Source: Clostridia bacterium (lineage in GTDB: Bacteria; Bacillota; Clostridia; TANB77; CAG-465). Taken from it: 42,077 nt of DNA. Below, one piece after another: positions 36,398-42,077 of the stretch. Position numbers and translations under genes: made by a program. The stretch's first letter is position 1, and each line of letters starts with the position of its first letter. The notes under the pieces were generated by a model, which saw only the letters and a program-made list of their open reading frames with translations, was not told the DNA's origin and ran no database searches. The stretch spans positions 1 through 42,077 of the forward strand of contig JAVXAF010000003.1 of NCBI GenBank assembly GCA_036660635.1. Reading direction: 5' to 3'.

Positions 36398-36424
36398 AAA
36401 CCAAATCTAAATTAGATTTGGTTT
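36398..36424 (-). terminator. hairpin terminator after the orphan ORF
   Basis: 27-nt perfect palindrome aaaccaaatctaa-a-ttagatttggttt, followed on the minus strand by T-rich sequence. Confidence 0.45.
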
Positions 36425-36434
36425 ATTATAAATT

Positions 36435-37085
36435 TTATTTAAAATCATTTAATGTTTTTCCAAAAGCTTCTTTGATTTCATCAAACATTGCTTTTGTTTC
36501 GTTTACCAGTAAATTACTAATATATCCCATTTCGATAGACTTAGTAAGCCAGTTAAACTCATCTAAATTGTCATAAATAACTTCGTTAAATTTTTTTTCA
36601 TTATATAAGTCTCTTTTTCTTTGCTTTATATATAGATTAACACCACATATCGAATTAGTAACCTGCATAGTCTCATTATCTCCCAAAGAAATCAAAGTAG
36701 CTTTTCTATATGAAGCTGCTTCAAAATACCTATAGAGAGTATCTGTTTTTTTATCCACATTATATAATGGATAACTAAGAGTTGATAAATCTTTTATCCT
36801 CCTAAAATATAACTCATTAAATTTATCATTTAACTCCTTATATAATGGATCATTTAAAAATCCATAGGCTGTATACTCAAATATCCGACCTTTATTTGCT
36901 AGATCTGCTTCTTCAAACAGAAGCTGATTTAGTTCAAATACATTAACGTCTGATAAAGGATTTTCATCCATGTAATGTAACACAGAGTCCATTTTTCTTA
37001 TCAGTTCATAAATTGTTCTTTCAAAGACAATCTTTGCGCTTTCAACTTTGTTATCTGATACCAATTTTTTTATTTCATCAAACAT
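36435..37085 (-). CDS. hypothetical protein (no family recognised)
   Basis: 216-aa ORF, soluble and predicted mostly helical. SD AAGGAGAAG lies 5 nt upstream, and the gene has its own consensus promoter and terminator. 'MFDEIK' occurs at both the N-terminus and near the C-terminus. Confidence 0.6.
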   Translation of the reverse strand: MFDEIKKLVSDNKVESAKIVFERTIYELIRKMDSVLHYMDENPLSDVNVFELNQLLFEEADLANKGRIFEYTAYGFLNDPLYKELNDKFNELYFRRIKDLSTLSYPLYNVDKKTDTLYRYFEAASYRKATLISLGDNETMQVTNSICGVNLYIKQRKRDLYNEKKFNEVIYDNLDEFNWLTKSIEMGYISNLLVNETKAMFDEIKEAFGKTLNDFK

Positions 37086-37144
37086 AATACTTCTCCTTAT
37101 TAATTTTTAATTTTAAAAATATATTTGTGTACATAACTATTTGT

Positions 37145-37173
37145 ATTATAACATTTTTTAATTATTATGTCAA
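37145..37173 (-). promoter_or_regulatory. near-consensus sigma-A promoter of the orphan ORF
   Basis: Minus strand reads TTGACA, a 17-nt spacer, then TATAAT preceded by TGT (extended -10). Confidence 0.55.
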
Positions 37174-37220
37174 GTTTTTTGCTGCTATATATTATGCAAT
37201 ATGATATATGGTTAAAAGTA

Positions 37221-37257
37221 AAAAATAAAAAAGATCCCATATAAAATATGAGATCTT
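37221..37257 (-). terminator. intrinsic terminator after rplL
   Basis: Hairpin aagatc(c)catat/atatg(a)gatctt at 37231-37257, followed on the minus strand by a long T-run with one interruption. Confidence 0.6.
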
Positions 37258-37279
37258 AAAATGTAATTTATAATTACAT

Positions 37280-37648
37280 TTATTCCATTATAGCTACAGC
37301 TCCAGCTGTTTTTAATGCTTCAACTAATTTTTCAGCATCTTCTTTTGGCATATTTTCTTTAACTGTATTAGGAGCAGCATCAACTACATCTTTTGCTTCT
37401 TTTAATCCTAATCCTGTAGCTTCTCTAACAGCTTTTATAACTGCTATTTTAGTAGCACCAGCATCTTTTAAAATTACATTAAATTCAGTCTTTTCTTCAA
37501 CTGCAGCACCTGCTGCAGCAGGACCAGCTGCAACAACTGCTGCTGCTGCACTTACTCCAAATTTTTCTTCAATAGCTTTTACTAAATCAGCTAATTCAAT
37601 TACTGTTAATTTTTCGATTTCTTCAATCATCTTTTCTATTTTTTCCAT
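37280..37648 (-). CDS. rplL: 50S ribosomal protein L7/L12
   Basis: '[23 protein letters not shown]' hinge and '[24 protein letters not shown]'. SD is AGGAGG. Confidence 0.95.
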   Translation of the reverse strand: MEKIEKMIEEIEKLTVIELADLVKAIEEKFGVSAAAAVVAAGPAAAGAAVEEKTEFNVILKDAGATKIAVIKAVREATGLGLKEAKDVVDAAPNTVKENMPKEDAEKLVEALKTAGAVAIME

Positions 37649-37693
37649 TTCTAAATTCCTCCTTAAATTTTTTTAATAATTACTTAATTTTAA

Positions 37694-38197
37694 TTAAGCA
37701 TTTTCTTCTTGTTTTTCTCTTGTTTGATCAAGAACTACTGCAAGATTACGTATATTTCCAAGTAATGCAGATGCAAGCATAGCATATAAAGTTTCCTTTG
37801 AAGGTAAACTTGCTAACTTTTTAATTTCATTAGCATCAATTACTTTTTTATCCATAGCTCCTATTTTTATTTTGTAAAAATCATTCTTTTTCATAAAATC
37901 ATAAATAGTTTTCGCTGGTGTTACATAATCTTCATATCCAATTACTACAGCAGTTGGTCCTTCTAGTCCATCTGCTAGTCCCTCTATTCCTGCTTCTTTT
38001 GCAGCATGAGAGATTACAGAATTTTTTACTACTGCATATTCATCACCATTTTGTCTTAATGCACAACGAAGCTTAGTATCATCTTCTACGGCAATTCCCC
38101 TATATTCAGTTAATATTACCATTTTAGACTTTTTTAACTTCTCACTTAACATTTTAACTTGTTCTTTTTTCTCATTTAAAATTTTCTCACTTGGCAC
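37694..38197 (-). CDS. rplJ: 50S ribosomal protein L10
   Basis: 167 aa with the L10 fold pattern 'VILTEYRGIAVEDDTKLR..LR' and 'VVKNS'. Position is upstream of rplL. The start is a GTG with GGAGGTG 7 nt upstream. Confidence 0.95.
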   Translation of the reverse strand: MPSEKILNEKKEQVKMLSEKLKKSKMVILTEYRGIAVEDDTKLRCALRQNGDEYAVVKNSVISHAAKEAGIEGLADGLEGPTAVVIGYEDYVTPAKTIYDFMKKNDFYKIKIGAMDKKVIDANEIKKLASLPSKETLYAMLASALLGNIRNLAVVLDQTREKQEENA

Positions 38198-38323
38198 TTT
38201 TTTACACCTCCTCTAAACAAAAAAGTTTTTGTGTGACACTACCAAAGTTTTAAAGTGTCAAACAAAAACATAAATTTTTATTTGCTTTTAAAACCTAGGT
38301 AGGATTTATGGATTTTATTCCAC
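38198..38323 (-). promoter_or_regulatory. probable rplJ (L10) leader RNA
   Basis: A 126-nt rplA-rplJ spacer with stable stems on the minus strand (cagtaggtgg.../...cctacctag and tgacact...agtgtca). This is the position of the L10(L12)4 autoregulatory leader in Firmicutes. The covariance model was not evaluated. Confidence 0.45.
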
Positions 38324-39004
38324 CTACTGTCTTGGGCTTATTTTAATACCAGGTCCCATTGTTGTTGATACAGCAATAGACTTTAAGTATGTTCCTTTAG
38401 CAACTGCTGGTCTAGCTTTAACTACAGCATCAAGCAATGCATCGTAGTTTTGCTTTAACTTATCAGTTCCAAAAGATACCTTTCCTATTGGACAATGTAT
38501 TATATTACTTTTATCAAGTCTATATTCTATTTTACCAGCTTTTATCTCAGATATAGCTTTAGTTACATCCATAGTAACAGTACCAGATTTTGGATTTGGC
38601 ATTAATCCTTTTGGTCCAAGTAATTTAGCTATTTTACCTAAAGATGCCATCATGTCAGGTGTTGCAACAATTACATCATAATCAAACCAATTTTCAGTTT
38701 GAACTTTTTTGATCATATCATCATCACCAACAAAGTCAGCACCAGCAGCTTTTGCTGCTTCAGCTTTATCTCCTTTAGCCAAAACTAATACTTTTTTAGA
38801 TTTACCTGTTCCGTTTGGAAGTACTATAACACCTCTAACTTGTTGATCAGCTTGTTTTGAATCAACACCTAATTTTATATGCATCTCTAAAGTTTCATCA
38901 AATTTTGCTTTAGGCATACTAAGTGCTAAATCAATAGCTTCTCTAGATTCGTAAAGTTTACCTTTTTCAAGTAACTTTGCGGCTTCTTTCATTCTTTTGC
39001 TCAT
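38324..39004 (-). CDS. rplA: 50S ribosomal protein L1
   Basis: '[14 protein letters not shown]....DQQVRG', 'LPNGTGK' and '[12 protein letters not shown]' are L1 blocks. Confidence 0.95.
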   Translation of the reverse strand: MSKRMKEAAKLLEKGKLYESREAIDLALSMPKAKFDETLEMHIKLGVDSKQADQQVRGVIVLPNGTGKSKKVLVLAKGDKAEAAKAAGADFVGDDDMIKKVQTENWFDYDVIVATPDMMASLGKIAKLLGPKGLMPNPKSGTVTMDVTKAISEIKAGKIEYRLDKSNIIHCPIGKVSFGTDKLKQNYDALLDAVVKARPAVAKGTYLKSIAVSTTMGPGIKISPRQ

Positions 39005-39049
39005 TTTTTTCCCCCCTTTGGTTATAACGAACTAAACGTTCTCCCATAA

Positions 39050-39478
39050 TTAACCTATAACTTCGATCCCCATTGATCTAGCTGTACCTTTTATAATAGA
39101 TACTGCTGAATCCATTGATGATGCGTTAAGGTCATTCATTTTAATTTTTGCGATTTCTTTAACTTGCTCAAGTGTTACTTTTCCAACTTTTTCTTTATGT
39201 GGTTTACCAGAAGCTTTATCAATTTTTGCAGCTTGTTTAAGTAATACTGAAGCAGGAGGAGTTTTTAAAATATATTCAAAACTCTTATCTGAATAAACTG
39301 TCAATACAACTGGAAATACCATTCCAGCATCTTTTGCTGTTTTTTCATTAAAATCTTTACAAAATTGCATTATATTTATTCCAGTTGGTCCAAGTGCAGG
39401 TCCTACTGGTGGTGCTGGATTAGCTTTGCCAGCTTGAATTTGCAATTTAACTACATGTGTTATTTTTTTCTCAGCCAT
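39050..39478 (-). CDS. rplK: 50S ribosomal protein L11
   Basis: '[34 protein letters not shown]'. The ATG at 39478 (MAEKK...) follows GGGGGTGAG. The track start at 39487 is a GTG. Confidence 0.95.
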   Translation of the reverse strand: MAEKKITHVVKLQIQAGKANPAPPVGPALGPTGINIMQFCKDFNEKTAKDAGMVFPVVLTVYSDKSFEYILKTPPASVLLKQAAKIDKASGKPHKEKVGKVTLEQVKEIAKIKMNDLNASSMDSAVSIIKGTARSMGIEVIG

Positions 39479-39533
39479 CATTCTCACCCCCTTAAATTAG
39501 GATATATGTAATATATTTATATATATTAGCTCA

Positions 39534-40085
39534 CTATATTTTTTGTATTTGATTAAATTCAAGATCCACTGTAGTTTCTCTACCAAACATTGAAACTTTA
39601 ACTTTAACTCTTTTATTATCTTTAAATATTTCCTCAATAATAGCCGGATAATTATAGAAAGGTTCTGTTGTTATTCTTACACTATCCCCAACCTCAAAAT
39701 CCAAATTCATAACGTCTTCTATTCCTAAAGTTTGCATCTCTTTATCTGTAAGAGGTAAAGGTTTATCTCCTACTCCTACAAAATTGAAAATTCCTTTGAT
39801 ATTTTTTACTACATACCAAGTTTCATCTGTCATAATCATTTTAACTAAAACATAACCTGGAAATACCTTTTTAATAGAAGTTTTTTGTTTTCCATCTTTA
39901 ATTTCAATTTCTTCTTCCATTGGTATTATTACTTCATTTATTTTTTCTTGTAAGCCTCTATTTTCTACTATTTTTTCTAGAGTTGCTTTTACCTTATTTT
40001 CATATCCAGAATAAGTATATACAACATACCAGTGTGATAACTCAGCATCATTTGCTTCATTTTCCACATTAATCAACTCCTTCAT
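39534..40085 (-). CDS. nusG: transcription termination/antitermination factor NusG
   Basis: NGN domain 'WYVVYTYSGYENKV...VFPGYVLVKM' and a C-terminal KOW 'GDSVRITTEPF....AIIEEI'. It sits in the canonical secE-nusG-rplK position. Confidence 0.95.
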   Translation of the reverse strand: MKELINVENEANDAELSHWYVVYTYSGYENKVKATLEKIVENRGLQEKINEVIIPMEEEIEIKDGKQKTSIKKVFPGYVLVKMIMTDETWYVVKNIKGIFNFVGVGDKPLPLTDKEMQTLGIEDVMNLDFEVGDSVRITTEPFYNYPAIIEEIFKDNKRVKVKVSMFGRETTVDLEFNQIQKI

Positions 40086-40104
40086 TTATGCTTTAGTACG
40101 ATTA

Positions 40105-40302
40105 CTATACTATTTTATTTCTTATTAATTCCCATATCTTAGTGTCACATAATTCTAAGATCATATCAAATCCTAAAATTATTACAGCTAAAGCAAGTAT
40201 TAATAACAAAACTAAAACAGTATTATTAATTAACTGCTTCTTTGTAGGCCATACTACTTTTCTTAATTCCGCTTTAACACCTTTTAAAAAACCTTTTGCC
40301 AT
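40105..40302 (-). CDS. secE: preprotein translocase subunit SecE
   Basis: 'KGVKAELRKVVWPTKKQL' followed by a single TM helix. I prefer the ATG at 40302. The GTG at 40314 overlaps the SD. Confidence 0.85.
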   Translation of the reverse strand: MAKGFLKGVKAELRKVVWPTKKQLINNTVLVLLLILALAVIILGFDMILELCDTKIWELIRNKIV

Positions 40303-40321
40303 AACTTTAGTCACTCCTTAA

Positions 40322-40471
40322 CTATTTTGTTTCTTTATGTACTGTATGTTTACCACAAAACTTGCAAAATTTACTTGCTTCTAATCTATCAGGATTATTT
40401 CTTTTATTTTTTTCAGTTTCATAATTTCTTTGTTTACATTCTGTACACGCCATTGTTAAATTTTCTCTCAT
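40322..40471 (-). CDS. rpmG: 50S ribosomal protein L33 (Cys4 zinc-ribbon form)
   Basis: This gene is absent from the ORF track because it is under 60 aa. The minus-strand ATG at 40471 gives '[49 protein letters not shown]'. SD GGAGGTG lies upstream, and the gene sits in the canonical rpmG-secE-nusG position. Confidence 0.9.
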   Translation of the reverse strand: MRENLTMACTECKQRNYETEKNKRNNPDRLEASKFCKFCGKHTVHKETK

Positions 40472-40514
40472 CGAATACACCTCCACTTAAGTTATCAATC
40501 ACATATGCTTATTA

Positions 40515-40543
40515 ATTTTAACATAAACTATATGTAAAGTCAA
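40515..40543 (-). promoter_or_regulatory. sigma-A-type promoter for rpmG-secE-nusG
   Basis: Minus strand reads TTGACT, a 17-nt spacer, then TAAAAT. Confidence 0.45.
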
Positions 40544-40584
40544 CATTTTTACGATGTTTTTAGAAAAAAGTTTTACTACATTTT

Positions 40585-41451
40585 CTAATATTCTATCATT
40601 TTCTCTCTTATATTATAAAAAAGATGCTGTTGCACAATTCCGGCATACTCTTTAAAATTATTTTGGGCATATTTAATAATATCAATTTTTTTCAAAGTTG
40701 TACCTAGGTTTTTAAAATACAAAACTTGCATAACTCTTTCTACCCAAACATCTATTGGAAATACTTCTTTTCTGCCAAGAGCAAAAAGGAGTATGCAGTC
40801 TGCAACTTTAGGGCCAACACCTTTTACTTCTAAAAGTTTTTCTTTAGCTTTACATGTATCTAATTTTACAAAGTCATTTAATACTAGTTTGCCGTTCAAA
40901 ATTTCTTTTACTACATTATATATATACGTATCTCTAAATCCAACTCCACATTTTCTATACTCATCAATCGTTACATTTTTTAAATCTTCTGGACTTGGAA
41001 ACAAATAATATTTTTCATCTTCAAATATAATTTCTTTTCCATATAGCATAGCTATTTTATCAACGGATTTTGCAATTCTAGGAATATTATTATTTGCAGA
41101 AATAATATATGAAATCAAAATCTCAAAAAAAGATTGATTTAAAATTCTCGTTCCAGATGTATTTTTGACTGCTTTTTTTATATTGTTATCATATTTCATA
41201 ATAGTTTTTTCTATTATTTCATAATCAGTTTTAAGGTCAAAATATTTTATAACACTTTCTGCTAAGTCTTTCATTTTATTACTTCTTATGATTAAATTAT
41301 CATCTTTTTGCTTTATTTTTATTACTCTATCAAATATAACACCAACGTAAGTATCTTCCTCATTTTCTAATTTTTTCCACCTAAAACACTGCCCACATTC
41401 TAATGTATATTTTAAATTAAAAAATTTAACTTTTAATATAATTTCATTCAT
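40585..41451 (-). CDS. ogg: 8-oxoguanine DNA glycosylase/AP lyase (Ogg, HhH-GPD family)
   Basis: N-terminal OGG_N-like 'LKYTLECGQCFRWKK', the HhH-GPD block 'LLEVKGVGPKVADCILLFALG' and the catalytic Asp context 'FPIDVWVERV'. The ATG at 41451 lies 1 nt after the mscL stop and has GAGGA upstream. The track start at 41466 is a TTG. Confidence 0.8.
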   Translation of the reverse strand: MNEIILKVKFFNLKYTLECGQCFRWKKLENEEDTYVGVIFDRVIKIKQKDDNLIIRSNKMKDLAESVIKYFDLKTDYEIIEKTIMKYDNNIKKAVKNTSGTRILNQSFFEILISYIISANNNIPRIAKSVDKIAMLYGKEIIFEDEKYYLFPSPEDLKNVTIDEYRKCGVGFRDTYIYNVVKEILNGKLVLNDFVKLDTCKAKEKLLEVKGVGPKVADCILLFALGRKEVFPIDVWVERVMQVLYFKNLGTTLKKIDIIKYAQNNFKEYAGIVQQHLFYNIREKMIEY

Positions 41452-41452
41452 T

Positions 41453-42028
41453 TTATTTTTCCTCAACTGATTTTTTTGCTGATATCTTTGAAGGATTTTG
41501 TTGTAATGTGCTAGTGCAATATGCGCATTTAGTAGCCTCGATTGGGATTTGGCTAAGACAATATATACATTTTTTTGTTGTTGCTACTTTTTCTTCTTGT
41601 TCTACTTTTATTGTTTTTCTTTTTAATCTATTAATATATTTTACAACTAAAAACATTGTAAAGGAAATAATAATAAAATTAAATAATGAATTAAGTAACA
41701 AACCATAATTCCATGTAGCTACTCCAGCTTCTTTTGCAATTTCTAAAGTATCATAATGCTTACCTGATAGTGCTATAAATAAAGTTGATAAATCAACATT
41801 ATTTGTAAGCATACTTATAAAAGGAGTTATTGTTGTATTTACTAAAGAATTTACTATATTCGTAAATGCACTTCCTAACACCACACCTATTGCCATATCT
41901 ACTATATTTCCTCTTGTTGCAAAAGACTTGTAATCATCTAAAGTTTTTCTTACTTTTTTTCTAGCTTCATCTGTACTACTTTTTATTTCTTTTTCAATTT
42001 TTTCTCTAGAATTTTTATTGCTTTTCAT
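41453..42028 (-). CDS. mscL: large-conductance mechanosensitive channel MscL with N-terminal basic extension and C-terminal Cys4 zinc-ribbon tail
   Basis: 'FATRGNIVDMAIGVVLGSAFTNIVNSLVNTTITPFI' is the MscL TM1 signature, and TM2 is 'LLNSLFNFIIISFTMFLVVKYINRL'. The tail carries 'CIYCLSQIPIEATKCAYC'. The ATG at 42028 has GGTGA upstream. The track start is 42040. Confidence 0.85.
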   Translation of the reverse strand: MKSNKNSREKIEKEIKSSTDEARKKVRKTLDDYKSFATRGNIVDMAIGVVLGSAFTNIVNSLVNTTITPFISMLTNNVDLSTLFIALSGKHYDTLEIAKEAGVATWNYGLLLNSLFNFIIISFTMFLVVKYINRLKRKTIKVEQEEKVATTKKCIYCLSQIPIEATKCAYCTSTLQQNPSKISAKKSVEEK

Positions 42029-42077
42029 TTTTATCACCATTGTTATTTTACAATATTTTTAATATTAAATCAATCTA

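Noticed and set aside
40327-40515. 62-aa plus-strand ORF from the track.
   Set aside because: It is the antisense shadow of the real minus-strand rpmG (L33) gene at 40322-40471. That gene is too short for the ORF track.
1-42077. CRISPR arrays, tandem repeats, IS elements, tRNA/rRNA genes.
   Set aside because: A scan of the intergenic regions by eye showed only promoter-like sequence and single or tandem terminator hairpins. No spaced direct repeats or cloverleaf-compatible segments were seen apart from the tmRNA tRNA-like domain.

Overview
This is a very AT-rich stretch of chromosomal core from a low-GC Firmicute. It looks Clostridia-like and spore-forming, since spoIIR is present. Almost all genes lie on the minus strand and are tightly packed, and many junctions show a clear SD, sigma-A-type promoter or intrinsic terminator. 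Reading down the minus strand the recognisable genes are: mscL, ogg, rpmG-secE-nusG-rplK-rplA-rplJ-rplL, an orphan ORF, ssrA (tmRNA), a frameshifted radA, disA, hslO, a DUF2975/HTH pair, ispA, uppS, carD, murE, an agmatinase-like gene, addA, pgeF, pgsA, ligA, mfd, a prsA-like PPIase and a trmH-family methylase. The plus strand carries spoIIR, tsaE-tsaB-rimI and a large Lon-like protease. I found no transposase, integrase, CRISPR array, tRNA or rRNA. The one clearly non-housekeeping element is a three-member paralog family of large proteins at 14066-15289, 15321-18065 and 24149-26371. Each has a prepilin-like N-terminus (KKG|ISLIVL...) that lacks the canonical Glu+5, a shared core of about 400 aa, and a different C-terminal head: none, an FGE-sulfatase/C-type-lectin-like head, or a LamG/concanavalin-like head. 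The two transcription units share a near-identical promoter core. No pilus assembly genes are visible in the window. Other items worth a second look are a 1-nt insertion inside the Walker A codons of radA, a promoter-SD-ORF-terminator mini-unit with no canonical start codon, loss of the rplL-rpoBC linkage, addA without an adjacent addB, and an MscL carrying extra terminal extensions. All homology calls rest on motif recognition by eye and none was confirmed by a search.
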